A DNA stretch of 35,171 bases from Acidimicrobiaceae bacterium (GCA_006515795.1 VFMC01000014.1:1-35171); one strand, 5' to 3'; counted from the stretch's first letter, positions 7,702 to 17,935 are shown. Notes: generated by a model from the letters alone, not told the origin. Translations and numbers: made by a program.

Positions 7702-8910
7702 CTATTCGATACGCAGGCCGGATATCGCCCGGGCGATCACCAGCTGCTGGATCTCACTCGTGCCTTCGAAGATCGTGTGGATCTTGGCATCGCGGTGCCA
7801 GCGCTCCACTGGGTACTCACGGGTGTAGCCGTAGCCGCCGAGGATCTGCATCGCCTCCTCGGTGACCCACACGGCAACTTCGCTGGCCTTGTACTTGCTC
7901 ATCGAGCCCTCGCCGCTGGTGAAGCCACCGTTGCGGGCCAGCCACGCGGCTCGCCAGATGAGCAGGCGACTGGCGTCGATCTCGACGGCCATGTTGGCGA
8001 GCTTGAAGGCAATCGCCTGGTTCATGATGATCGGGCGGCCGAACGCGTGACGCTCCTTCGCGTACTCCAGCGCGTACTCGTAGGCGGCTCGGGCGATGCC
8101 GAGCGCCTGGGCACCGACGGAGGGACGGGTGGCCTCGAACGTCGCCATCGCCGGCTGCTTCTCGCCACTGTGGCCGCGCTCACGAGCTCGGGCGAGCTTG
8201 GCGTCGAGCTTCTCCTTGCCGCCGAGCAGGCAGCTGGCGGGCACGCGCACGTCGTCGAGCACGACCTCGGCGGTGTGCGAGGCCCGGATGCCGTGCTTCA
8301 GGTACTTCTGGCCTTGGCTGAGGCCCTTCGTGCCCGGCGGAACGACGAAGCTCGCCTGACCACGCCCCTTCAGCTCCGGATCGACGGCGGCCACCACCAC
8401 GTGCACATCGGCGATGCCACCGTTGGTGATCCACGCCTTGGTGCCGTTGATGACCCACTCGTCGTTGGCCTCGTCGTACACGGCACGGGTGCGCAACGAC
8501 GAGACGTCACTGCCGGCATCGGGCTCGCTCACGCAGAACGCACCGAGTTGCACCTTGTCGGCGTCGCCGTAGCACTGTGGCACCCATTCCATGACCTGCT
8601 CGGGCGTGCCGTTGCCATTGATCCCGGCGGCGGCGAGAGCCGAACCCATGATGGCCATGCCGATGCCTGCATCACCCCAGAACAGCTCCTCGATCGCTAC
8701 GGGGAGCGTGAGCCCGGACGGGTCGGCGAAGGTGTTCATCAGGAACTCCCAGCCGTACAGGCCGATCTTGGCGGCCTCTTGAACAACGGGATACGGGAAC
8801 TCCTCGCGTTCGTCCCATTCGTGGGCCGCGGGGCGGATGACCTTGTCGGCGAAATCGTGGACCCACTTCTGGATCTGGATCTGGTCTTCGTTGAGCGAGA
8901 AATCTGCCAT
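7702..8910 (-). CDS. Acyl-CoA dehydrogenase
   Basis: 402 aa, full length. Family-typical blocks are LGAFCVSEPDAGSDVSSLRTRA, WITNGGIADV, ERHAFGRPI, and the C-terminal YPVERWHRDAKIHTIFEGTSEIQ. Confidence 0.9.
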   Translation of the reverse strand: MADFSLNEDQIQIQKWVHDFADKVIRPAAHEWDEREEFPYPVVQEAAKIGLYGWEFLMNTFADPSGLTLPVAIEELFWGDAGIGMAIMGSALAAAGINGNGTPEQVMEWVPQCYGDADKVQLGAFCVSEPDAGSDVSSLRTRAVYDEANDEWVINGTKAWITNGGIADVHVVVAAVDPELKGRGQASFVVPPGTKGLSQGQKYLKHGIRASHTAEVVLDDVRVPASCLLGGKEKLDAKLARARERGHSGEKQPAMATFEATRPSVGAQALGIARAAYEYALEYAKERHAFGRPIIMNQAIAFKLANMAVEIDASRLLIWRAAWLARNGGFTSGEGSMSKYKASEVAVWVTEEAMQILGGYGYTREYPVERWHRDAKIHTIFEGTSEIQQLVIARAISGLRIE

Positions 8911-8918
8911 GGCTGTAA

Positions 8919-8934
8919 GTTACCCCCCGGTAAC
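8919..8934. promoter_or_regulatory. Inverted repeat GTTACC-N4-GGTAAC just upstream of the acyl-CoA dehydrogenase start
   Basis: The sequence gttaccccccggtaac lies 9 nt from the ATG at 8910, in the divergent intergenic region shared with the lipoprotein gene. It is a possible repressor operator. This rests on sequence only. Confidence 0.25.
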
Positions 8935-9026
8935 AAGTTCGGACAACCTCAAATGGTCCCGACGGGTAGCCGGATGTCACGTAGGACCGGATCGAGCGCG
9001 GTGGCCGGGTCGTGCCAAAGTGGGCG

Positions 9027-11153
9027 ATGGAGAGAATCGCATCGATCGCCGTCGCCGCCGCGCTCGTGCTCGCTGCCTGCAGCGGGGATGACAGCACGAA
9101 CACCGCTCCGGACCCAACGGTCGCGCCCACGCACGTCGCCGTCGCCACAACTGCGGGCGCCGCCACGGACACAACCGATGCCACGTCGCCGCCCAGCGTC
9201 GCCGAGCCCCCGGCGGCCACCGATGCCGATGCCGGCACGCTCGCCGACCTGACCGCCGCGCTCGACGGCGCGGCCGAAGGATGCGACCCGCTCGACACAC
9301 GCCAATGCCTGCTGCCATTCCCGTCGAACGCGATGCGCGCCGACGGCCGCGTGTCGTTCCCGGCCGACGGCATGCCCGTGAACTCGAGCGGTGTGAGCAT
9401 CGACCCGACGGAGTGGAACCGCAACGACGGGTTCAGCCCGAACACCCCGATCCTCACCTACGTCGCCGGCCTCGACCCCGAGGCATCCGGGCTCCCGACG
9501 TGGACCGACCTCGAAGGATCCCTCGCCGAGGATTCACCGGTCGTGCTGGTGAACACCGCCACCGGCGAGCGGGTGCCGCTGTGGGCCGAGCTCGATGCCA
9601 AGGCCGCCGATGCCGCCGACCGACTCCTCGAGATCCATCCCGCCGTCGCGCTCGACGAGGGCGCCACCTACGCCGTCGGGCTGCGCGGCCTCGTGGACGG
9701 CGACGGTGGAGCGATCGACCCCTCGACCGCGTTCCGCGTGTACCGCGACAACCTGCGCACCGAGCTGACCACGATCGAAGACCGGCGACCGGCAATGGAG
9801 ATCACCTTCGCATCACTTGCCGGCGCCGGGCTAGCTCGAACAGAGCTCCAGCTCGCTTGGGACTTCACGGTGGCCAGCACCGAAAACATCGCCGGTCGCT
9901 TGCTGCACATCCGCGACGATGCCCTCGCCGCGCTCGGCGACGCGGCACCCGCCTTCACGATCACGTCGGCCCTGCCCGGCGACGACGGCAGCGGGATCGC
10001 CATCCAGGTCACCGGGACCTTCACCGTGCCCAACTACCTCACCGCCGACGGCGCGCCCGGCAACCGGTTCTTCTACGGCGACAACGTCGAACCGACGGCC
10101 GACGCGATGCCGATGCAGAACGGCGCGCTCGAGGCACCGTTCACCTGCAACATCAGCGACGCCACCGCCGAGGGCAGCGAACCGGCCCACCTCGTGCAGT
10201 ACGGGCACGGCCTGCTCGGCGAGGACACCGAGGTGAGCGCAGGAAACGTCCGCGACTTCGCCAACGAGCACAACGTCGTGTTGTGCGCGACGAAGTGGGC
10301 CGGGATGAGCGACGTCGACATCGGCAACGCGGCCGCCACCCTTGCCGAGTTCTCCAACTTCCCGACGATGGCCGACCGCATGCAACAGGGTGTGCTCAAC
10401 CAGATCTTCCTCGGTCGGGTGATGACGCACGCCGACGGGTTGGTCAGCGATCCGGCGTTCCAGCGGCCAGATGGCACGCCGCTGATCGACACTGCCCACC
10501 TCGACTTCGATGGCAACAGCCAGGGCGGGATCATGGGCCTCATGCTCACCGCCGTGTCACCCGACATCGAGCGCGCCGTGCTAGGCGTCGTCGGCATGAA
10601 CTACAGCTTGCTGCTGTCGCGATCGGTCGACTTCGAGACCTACGAATCGGTCATGGTGCCCGCCTACCCGAACGACCTCGACCGGGTGCTGATCCTCGCG
10701 CTCACGCAGATGTTGTGGGATCGCGGCGAGGGCGCCGGCTACGTGCAGCACATCACTTCCGATCCATATCCGGGCACCCCAGCGAAGGACGTTCTGCTCC
10801 ACGTCGCGTTCGGTGATTGGCAGGTGAGCGAGCTGACGGCGATGATCGCGGCACGCGAGGTGGGGGCCACCATCCACCGGCCCGTGACGGCTGCCGGACG
10901 CAGCCGCGAGGTCGAGCCCGGCTGGGGCCTGGAGACCACGACCTACCCCAGCAGTGGATCGGCACTCGTGATCTGGGATTCCGGTAGCGATCCGATCCCG
11001 TTGGCCAACGTGCCACCGAGCACAAGTCGCGATCCGCACTCCGATCCACGCAGTGATGCCGACGTTCGGGCCCAGAAGGCGGCGTTCCTGTTCGACGACA
11101 CGTTGGTCGACGTGTGCAGCGGCAAGCCGTGCACCGCCGACGTCAGGGCGTGA
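9027..11153 (+). CDS. Secreted lipoprotein, putative alpha/beta-hydrolase-like enzyme
   Basis: Part of ORF 9012..11153. The ATG at 9027 gives MERIASIAVAAALVLAACSG, a signal peptide plus the lipobox LAAC. A Thr/Ala/Pro-rich linker follows. There is a GxSxG-type elbow (DGNSQGG). The conserved-looking C-terminal half contains HVAFGDWQVS and RDPHSDP. No exact family recalled. Confidence 0.65.
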   Translation: MERIASIAVAAALVLAACSGDDSTNTAPDPTVAPTHVAVATTAGAATDTTDATSPPSVAEPPAATDADAGTLADLTAALDGAAEGCDPLDTRQCLLPFPSNAMRADGRVSFPADGMPVNSSGVSIDPTEWNRNDGFSPNTPILTYVAGLDPEASGLPTWTDLEGSLAEDSPVVLVNTATGERVPLWAELDAKAADAADRLLEIHPAVALDEGATYAVGLRGLVDGDGGAIDPSTAFRVYRDNLRTELTTIEDRRPAMEITFASLAGAGLARTELQLAWDFTVASTENIAGRLLHIRDDALAALGDAAPAFTITSALPGDDGSGIAIQVTGTFTVPNYLTADGAPGNRFFYGDNVEPTADAMPMQNGALEAPFTCNISDATAEGSEPAHLVQYGHGLLGEDTEVSAGNVRDFANEHNVVLCATKWAGMSDVDIGNAAATLAEFSNFPTMADRMQQGVLNQIFLGRVMTHADGLVSDPAFQRPDGTPLIDTAHLDFDGNSQGGIMGLMLTAVSPDIERAVLGVVGMNYSLLLSRSVDFETYESVMVPAYPNDLDRVLILALTQMLWDRGEGAGYVQHITSDPYPGTPAKDVLLHVAFGDWQVSELTAMIAAREVGATIHRPVTAAGRSREVEPGWGLETTTYPSSGSALVIWDSGSDPIPLANVPPSTSRDPHSDPRSDADVRAQKAAFLFDDTLVDVCSGKPCTADVRA

Positions 11154-13318
11154 CGGGAATGGCGAGCAGCGGCGCGGCGATCGTCTCGTAGATCAACTTC
11201 GCACCAGGCTTGTACACGTGGACGCCGTCCCAGCGGTAGCCGAGGTCCTGGGCGATCGCGGGGTCGGCACACCACTGCGTGGGCCCGTCCACGAACGTGA
11301 CCCTGGCCGGATCGGCAGCGGCGATCTCGCGCATCAGCTCGTTGAGATGCGCCACGCGCCCGTCGTCGCCGCGCTCTGGCAACGCCGGCACGCCGGCGCC
11401 CTTCACATCCTGCGGGCGCATGCACGCCGCCTCGAGCAGCGCCACGTGCGCTCCGGTCGCGGCGACGGCTTCGATGCCGAGGCCGAGCTGCGCACGGAAA
11501 CGGGCGTCGGCCTCGGCAGACCCGAACGGCACCAGCAGACCGGCGACCTCCACGTCGAAGACGCCACCCGCCGCAATCCGCGAACGACCGTGAGAACGAG
11601 GCACGCTCGGATCGCACCGAACCGTTGTCGTACACGCTGCACCCGTCGATCGAGCCGTCGCTGATGGCGAAGGTCTGCTCGATGCCGTCGGGCAGGTTGA
11701 TCGCCAGCGAGTGCGCCTGCGAATCGCCCAGCACCACCACGCGGCGCGGCAACACCGCGGTGGTGACCACGGGGGCCACCGCGGCGGGAGCCTCGGCCAC
11801 CGCGAGCGCGTCGGCATCAACCGACACGGACTCCGCTGCAGAAGCGGGTTGTTGCGTAGCGACCACCGCGCCTGCAGCCGCGTCGATGGCAGTGCCGCCA
11901 TCAGCGGTCGCCGGCCCGGCCTGAGCTTCGCCACTCAGGTCGGGCGTGAAGGCGACGTCGGCGCCGCCGGCGGCAAGATCGAACGTGTCGGCAGAGGCGT
12001 AGAACAACGTCATCGGGAGCAGGAGCGCGACGCCTGCGACGATGGCCGCCGTCTTCACCCGCTGATGCTCGCTCGGCACCAACGACAACCTCCAGCGTTG
12101 AAAGCCACGGGTGCGAACAGGCGTCTCCACGAACCGGTACGAGCACTCCGCGACCACACCCGTAACAGCCATCGCCAACAGGAACCGGGAAACGGAGCCG
12201 GCGTACGCCTCGAGCGCCACCGAGATCGGCCAGCCCCACAGGTACAACCCGTACGACCGCTTCCCGATCGCCACCAGCGGCCCCCACGACAACAACGCCC
12301 GCACGCGTCGAGCGGCCGGATGCACCGTGACCATCACCACTGCGAGCGCCGCCAGCGAGACCATCGCGAGCTGCCACCGGTACAGCGATCGATCGGTGAG
12401 CCCGGCGTTCATGAACGACCACAGCAAGAACGCCAGCGCGACGAAGCCGACCGCATCGAGACGGTCGCCGGCCGGCGCTCGCGGCGGGCGCATCCGCCAC
12501 GGCCGATGCAGGAACGCCGCGCCGGCGCCCAGCAGCAGCCCGCTCGATCGGGTGAAGGTGGACAGGTACAACACGTTGATCCGCTCGCCGGTGAGCTCGG
12601 TTGAACGGGCGAACCACCAGGTGCACACGATCACCAGCGCGGCGACGCCGACGAGAAGCAGCCCCCGCACCCCGCGGCGCGCCCGCAGCGACATCACGCC
12701 GAGGAACCCGAGCGGCCAGAGCAGGTACCACTGCTCCTCCACCGCGAGGCTCCACAGGTGGCGCAGCGGTGAAAGGTTGCCGAAGTACTGCGCGCCGCCG
12801 ACGATCTGACCCCAGTTGGCGGCATAGAAGATGGCCCATGGGTAGTCGCGGCGCAGGTCTGATTGCACGCGTGCGCCACCCCACAGCGCACCCCACACAC
12901 CGACGGCGAGCAGCACCATCACCAGCGCCGGCAGCAGCCGGCGCGCCCGCCGGATCCAGAACTGGCCGAGATCGACGCGTCCCGTGCGCTCGCGTTCGTC
13001 GAGCAGCAGTGAGGTGATCAGGTATCCCGACACCACGAAGAACACCTCGACCCCGAGGAAGCCGCCATGGAAACGGGCGAACCCGGCGTGGTAGAGCAGC
13101 ACGGCGATGACCGAGACGGCGCGCACCCCGTCGAGGCCCGACTGGTAGCCCATCGCCGGAGGCTGCTGGGTCTGACGGCGAGCGGGATCCTCGAAGCCCC
13201 GCAACCGGCGGAGCGCTGCGGGTTCGGGCGAGGCGCCCCGCGCGGACGTGTCGACAGAGGTACTCACGGCCGGACCATTGTCGCAGCCCGACCGCCGGAA
13301 ACCGACGATGCCGGACAT
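11143..13318 (-). pseudogene. Acyltransferase family 3 (OafA/YrhL-like) with a C-terminal SGNH domain, frame broken near 11562
   Basis: The N-terminal frame (ORF 10943..13318) reads LDGVRAVSVIAVLLYHAG, FFVVSGYLIT, about 10 TM segments, then VVVLGDSQAHSL...FADCGGW, after which it degenerates. The C-terminal end continues in ORF 11143..11934 (VFDVEVAGLLVPFGSAEADARF...WDGVHVYKPGAKLIYETI). Start alternatives are 13318 (12 nt after the cysS stop) or the ATG at 13153. Confidence 0.8.
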
Positions 13319-13330
13319 GCGACACGCGGG

Positions 13331-14686
13331 TCAACGCCGGAGCTGCGTGCCATCCTTGGTGGTCTCCACAGTGAACCCCTCGGCCTGCAAGTCGGCGCGC
13401 AGCGCGTCGGCCGCAGCGAAGTCCCTGGCTGCGCGGGCAGCATCGAGAGCGGCCGCCTTGGCCAACGCCTCGGCCGGCACGTCGCCACCGGCGTTGAGCA
13501 CCAAACCGAATGCCGTGCACATCTCGCCCACCGCGGCAGCGAGCGACGCCACCGACGGATCGCCGGCATCGAGGGCCGCGTTCGCCCGGCGAACCGTGTC
13601 GAACAGCAGCGCCGTGGACGACGGCGTGTCGAGATCGTCGTCCATCTGCTCGCGGAACCTGGCGAGCACGTCGGCATCGGGGTCGACGACCGGCAGCGAC
13701 GCCGTTCGCGCGGCGAACGAATCCAGCCCGCTGAGCGCCTTCACCGCGGCGTCGATGTTGTCCTGACCCACGCTGACGGGACCGCGGTAGTGCGACTGCA
13801 ACAGCAGCATCCGATAGGCGCGCGGGTCGTAGTGCTCCATCAGGTCGAGGAGGTTGGTGACGTTGCCGAGGCTCTTCGACATCTTCTCGCCGACGGGGTC
13901 GACGACGAACCCGTTGTGCATCCAGTGGTTGGCGAACCGCTTGCCGAGCGCCACCGCTTGGGCGCGCTCGTTCTCGTGGTGCGGGAACTTCAGATCCATG
14001 CCGCCGCAGTGCAGATCGAACCCCTCACCGAGCAGATCGAGGCTCATCACGACGCATTCGCTGTGCCAGCCGGGACGGCCGTCGCCCCACGGGGACGGCC
14101 ACGCCGGCTCGCCAGGCTTGGCGAGCTTCCACAAGGCGAAGTCGGCTGGATGGCGCTTGTTGTCGGCGCCGAACACCTCACGTTCGCCGCCACCTTCGAT
14201 CATGTCGCTGAGCCGTTGGTTGGCGAGCAGGCCGTAGTCGGCAACCGTTTCGACGCTGAGGTACACGCCGTCGTCGGTGGAGTAGGCCCGGCCGATCTCG
14301 ACCAGCTGACCGATCATCGCGACCATCTCGTCGACGTACTCGGTGGCATGCGGCACGTCGGAAGGCCTGGCTACACCGAGCTTGCCCATCGCCTCGAACC
14401 ACACGGCCTCGCACTTGGTGGTGATGTCCTGCCACGGCCGGTTCTCACGGTTGGCACGGTTGATGATGCTGTCGTCGATGTCGGTGATGTTGCTGGCGAG
14501 GCGCACCTTCAAACCGCTCCATTCGAGGTAGCGGCGCAACACGTCGTACACGAGGGTGGCGCGGCCGTGACCGAGGTGAGGTGGGCCGTACACCGTCGGT
14601 CCGCACAAGTAGATGCTGACCGTGCCGGGTTCGCGCAGCTCGAGCTCGCGAACGCCCCGGGTTGCGGTGTCGTACAGGCGCATCAT
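13331..14686 (-). CDS. cysS: Cysteine--tRNA ligase
   Basis: Part of ORF 13331..14992. The start is at the ATGATG at 14686/14683 (MMRLYDTATRG). The HIGH motif is PHLGHGR and the KMSKS motif is GEKMSKSLGN. WHSEC is present. The C-terminal anticodon-binding region ends in a DALRADLQAEGFTVETTKDG tail. Confidence 0.92.
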   Translation of the reverse strand: MMRLYDTATRGVRELELREPGTVSIYLCGPTVYGPPHLGHGRATLVYDVLRRYLEWSGLKVRLASNITDIDDSIINRANRENRPWQDITTKCEAVWFEAMGKLGVARPSDVPHATEYVDEMVAMIGQLVEIGRAYSTDDGVYLSVETVADYGLLANQRLSDMIEGGGEREVFGADNKRHPADFALWKLAKPGEPAWPSPWGDGRPGWHSECVVMSLDLLGEGFDLHCGGMDLKFPHHENERAQAVALGKRFANHWMHNGFVVDPVGEKMSKSLGNVTNLLDLMEHYDPRAYRMLLLQSHYRGPVSVGQDNIDAAVKALSGLDSFAARTASLPVVDPDADVLARFREQMDDDLDTPSSTALLFDTVRRANAALDAGDPSVASLAAAVGEMCTAFGLVLNAGGDVPAEALAKAAALDAARAARDFAAADALRADLQAEGFTVETTKDGTQLRR

Positions 14687-14798
14687 GTCCGCAAGCCTAA
14701 AGGGCGGTCGACCCTGGGACCCGCCGAGTAACGAGCCCGACTCTGCGAGCCGAACCGGCGATGGGCCGCGAACCCGCCACCGGTAGCCTGGGCGAGCT

Positions 14799-17309
14799 AT
14801 GACGTCGACCCCCGCGATCCCGGCCGCGATCCCGGCCGCAATCCCCGACAGGCCATCGCTCGACGGAATCGAGGCCAGGCTGATGCAGCGATGGCACGAC
14901 GAGGGCGTGTACCGCTTCGATCGCGACGCATCCCGCGACCAGGTGTTCTCGATCGACACGCCGCCGCCCACGGTGAGCGGATCGCTGCACATCGGTCACA
15001 TGTTCAGCTACACCCACACCGACACCATCGCCCGCTACCAACGCATGCGCGGCAAGGCGGTTTTCTACCCGATCGGGTGGGACGACAACGGCCTCGCCAC
15101 CGAACGGCGCGTGCAGAACTTCACCGGCGTGCGCTGCGACCCGTCGCTCGCCCCCGACCCGAACTTTGCGGCACCGTTCCACGGTGATGTGCCGAAGGGC
15201 CACCGCGCGGTTCCGGTGAGCCGCCCGAACTTCGTCGAGCTGTGCCGGCAGATCACCCATCTCGACGAGCAGGCGTTCGAGCACGTGCTCTGCCGCCTCG
15301 GGCTCTCGGTCGACTGGAGCCTGCTCTACACCACGATCGGCGACCGCGCCAGGCGGGTGAGCCAGCGGGCGTTCCTGCGCAACCTGGCCCGTGGCGAGGC
15401 GTACCAGCAAGACGCGCCCACGCTCTACGACGTCGACGAACGCACCGCCGTGGCCCAGGCCGAGATGGAAGACCGCGAGGTGCAAGGGGCCTATCACCGG
15501 CTCGCGTTCCATCGCCGCTCCCAGTCATCGGAACTCGGCGACCTGTTCATCGAGACCACGCGCTACCAGCCGCTGTTCGGCACCACCGTGGGCACGCCGC
15601 TGTTCGAGGTGGAGGTGCCGGTGCTCGCCCATCACCTGGCCGATCCCGAAAAGGGCACCGGTATGGCCATGATCTGCACCTTCGGCGACGTCACCGACGT
15701 CACCTGGTGGCGCGAACTCAACCTGCCAACTCGCGCGCTCATCGGTTTCGACGGTCGCTTCGCCGCTGAGACGCCTGAGTGGATCACCTCCGCGGCCGGG
15801 CGCGTGAACTACGAGCAGATGGCCGGCCTTGCGCCGAAGCAGGCCCAGAAGCGCGTCGTCGAGCTGCTGAAGGAGTCGGGCGAGATGCTCGGCGACCCCA
15901 GGCCGATCAGCCATCCGGTGAAGCACTACGAGCGGGGCACTCGCCCACTCGAGATCGTCGCCACCCGACAGTGGTACATCCGCAACGGCGGACGCGACGA
16001 AGGGCTCCGCGCCGCCATGCTCGAGCGCGGCCACGAGCTCACCTGGCACCCGGGCTACATGCAGCACCGCTACGACAACTGGGTCGGCGGGCTGAACGGC
16101 GACTGGCTGATCAGCCGCCAGCGCTACTTCGGCGTGCCGGTGCCCGTGTGGTACCGACTCGATGGCGAGGGCAATCCCCTTCACGACGAGGTGCTCGTGC
16201 CAACCGAGGATCAGCTGCCGGTCGACCCGTCCGCCGACTCCCCCGCCGGATTCACGGCCGATCAGCGCGGCACGCCCGGTGGGTTCATCGGCGACCCCGA
16301 CGTGATGGACACCTGGGCCACGTCGTCGCTCACGCCACAGATCGCCGGAGCGTGGGAAGAGCAGGACAACGAGGCCGGCGGCTTGTTCGAGCGGGTGTTC
16401 CCGATGGACCTCCGGCCGCAGGGCCACGACATCATCCGCACGTGGCGGGTGCTCGATCCCGATCGCAAAAAGATGTCGAAGAGCAAGGGGAACGCCGTCA
16501 CACCGATCGCCCTGCTCGAGCAGTACGGCACCGATGCGGTGCGCTACTGGTCGGCGTCGGGCCGACCGGGTGTCGACACAGCCGTCGACGAGGGCCAGAT
16601 GAAGGTCGGTCGCAAGCTCGCCCTCAAGATCCTCAACGTCAGCAAGTTCGTCCTCGGGTTCGGCGAGCCGACGGCCGACGCGTCACCGACTGTCGCGCTC
16701 GATCGAGCGATGCTCGCCCGCCTGGCTGAGGTGGTCGACGACTGCACCACCGCCTTCGAGGCGTTCGACTACGCCCGCGCGCTCGAGCGCGCCGAGAGCT
16801 TCTTCTGGTGGTTCTGCGACGACTACGTCGAGCTGGTGAAGACCCGCGCCTACGGCACCCACGGCCAGACCGGCACTGAATCGGCACTCGTGGCACTGCG
16901 CACCGCGCTGTCGGTCCTGCAGCGGTTGTTCGCTCCCTTCCTGCCGTTCGTCACCGACGAGGTGTGGCGCTGGTGGCGACCCGGATCCGTGCACGCATCC
17001 CAGTGGCCGGCGGCCGCCGACGTCCAGCTCGAAGGGATCGACCACACCGCCACCATCGATCCCCTCGGCGAGGTGCTCGCCCAAGTGCGACGGGCCAAGA
17101 CCGAGGCCAAGGTGAGCCAGCGCGCCGTCGTCGAACGGCTCGTCGTGCACGCCTCGGCCGCCACCCGGTCATCGGTCGAGGCCTCGGCCGGCGACCTCCG
17201 CGATGCCGGCTCGATAGTCGACATCTCGTTCGTACTGGGCACCGTCACGTCGTGCGAGGTCACCCTCGCGCCACCTCCGGCCGTACCACCCGCCGCACCA
17301 ACGGCCTGA
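14799..17309 (+). CDS. valS: Valine--tRNA ligase (actinobacterial/archaeal-like type), apparently lacking two internal segments
   Basis: 836 aa. Family blocks present are PPPTVSGSLHIGH, WDDNGLATERRVQN, DPEKGTGMAMICTFGD, ISRQRYFGVP, DVMDTWATSS and KMSKSKGN. See the findings for the two suspected in-frame deletions at about 15563 and 16456. Confidence 0.85.
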   Translation: MTSTPAIPAAIPAAIPDRPSLDGIEARLMQRWHDEGVYRFDRDASRDQVFSIDTPPPTVSGSLHIGHMFSYTHTDTIARYQRMRGKAVFYPIGWDDNGLATERRVQNFTGVRCDPSLAPDPNFAAPFHGDVPKGHRAVPVSRPNFVELCRQITHLDEQAFEHVLCRLGLSVDWSLLYTTIGDRARRVSQRAFLRNLARGEAYQQDAPTLYDVDERTAVAQAEMEDREVQGAYHRLAFHRRSQSSELGDLFIETTRYQPLFGTTVGTPLFEVEVPVLAHHLADPEKGTGMAMICTFGDVTDVTWWRELNLPTRALIGFDGRFAAETPEWITSAAGRVNYEQMAGLAPKQAQKRVVELLKESGEMLGDPRPISHPVKHYERGTRPLEIVATRQWYIRNGGRDEGLRAAMLERGHELTWHPGYMQHRYDNWVGGLNGDWLISRQRYFGVPVPVWYRLDGEGNPLHDEVLVPTEDQLPVDPSADSPAGFTADQRGTPGGFIGDPDVMDTWATSSLTPQIAGAWEEQDNEAGGLFERVFPMDLRPQGHDIIRTWRVLDPDRKKMSKSKGNAVTPIALLEQYGTDAVRYWSASGRPGVDTAVDEGQMKVGRKLALKILNVSKFVLGFGEPTADASPTVALDRAMLARLAEVVDDCTTAFEAFDYARALERAESFFWWFCDDYVELVKTRAYGTHGQTGTESALVALRTALSVLQRLFAPFLPFVTDEVWRWWRPGSVHASQWPAAADVQLEGIDHTATIDPLGEVLAQVRRAKTEAKVSQRAVVERLVVHASAATRSSVEASAGDLRDAGSIVDISFVLGTVTSCEVTLAPPPAVPPAAPTA

Positions 17310-17326
17310 TCGCTAGGCTCCGCCAG

Positions 17327-17929
17327 ATGACGGGGATCCGGCGCCGGCTCACCGCGACAACGCTGCTGCTCGCCATCACCTCTGCAATCGCGGCCGGGCC
17401 GCACAGCACCATGGCCGGCATCGACGACGGCCCCGCCGATGGGACCGGCGTCGCGACGCGTGGTACTTCGGCACAGGTGGAGGCCACCCTTCCACCACCA
17501 CCGGTGTCGCCGGGCGATTCGTTCGACATCCCGGCCGACTCTGGCAGCGGGCGCCGCGTCGTCTACTCGAAGGGCATCCAGCGGGTCTGGATGATCGAAG
17601 ACGACGGCACGCTGTACGACACCCACCGGGTGTCGGGTCGTGCCGACCAACCCAACTACGGCACCTACGCCGTCTACTCGCGCAGCACGTTCACCTGCAG
17701 CAACGCCCACTCCGACATCTGCATGCGCTGGATGGTGCGCTTCGCCCACAGCCGCCGCGGCGACAACATCGGATTCCACGAGATCCCACGACGCGACGGC
17801 GTGCCGTTGCAGTCCGACGACCAGATCGGCCAGCCGCTGTCGGGCGGCTGCGTGCGCCAGCTCACCGCCGACGCGATCATCATGTGGGACTGGGCCCAGA
17901 TCGGCACCGTGGTGGTCGTCGTTCCCTGA
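17327..17929 (+). CDS. L,D-transpeptidase (YkuD domain) with a signal peptide
   Basis: Same frame as ORF 16964..17929, starting at the ATG at 17327 (MTGIRRRLTATTLLLAITSAIAAG). The YkuD catalytic pattern is IGFHEIP...GQPLSGGCVRQLTADA. Confidence 0.8.
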   Translation: MTGIRRRLTATTLLLAITSAIAAGPHSTMAGIDDGPADGTGVATRGTSAQVEATLPPPPVSPGDSFDIPADSGSGRRVVYSKGIQRVWMIEDDGTLYDTHRVSGRADQPNYGTYAVYSRSTFTCSNAHSDICMRWMVRFAHSRRGDNIGFHEIPRRDGVPLQSDDQIGQPLSGGCVRQLTADAIIMWDWAQIGTVVVVVP

Positions 17930-17935
17930 CCCATC

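Noticed and set aside
7663-9252. 529-aa plus-strand ORF covering the acyl-CoA dehydrogenase locus
   Set aside because: It is antisense to a full-length, clearly recognisable acyl-CoA dehydrogenase. The composition is rich in Arg/Gly/Val/His/Asp, typical of shadow frames in GC-rich DNA. No motif recognised.
9281-10816. 511-aa alternative plus frame inside the lipoprotein gene
   Set aside because: Extremely Arg-rich (RRRxR runs) and overlapped by the sensible lipoprotein frame. It is a frame artefact of GC-rich DNA.
11143-11153. 11-nt overlap of the convergent lipoprotein and acyltransferase stop regions
   Set aside because: Short convergent overlaps are common in compact GC-rich genomes. No hairpin or other signal is attached to it.
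13067-14731. 554-aa plus-strand ORF opposite cysS
   Set aside because: Shadow ORF of cysS and of the acyltransferase 5' end. It has the same antisense composition and no recognisable domain.
14697-16427. Minus-strand ORFs 14697..15512 and 15525..16427 opposite valS
   Set aside because: Shadow ORFs of valS, with no recognisable motifs.
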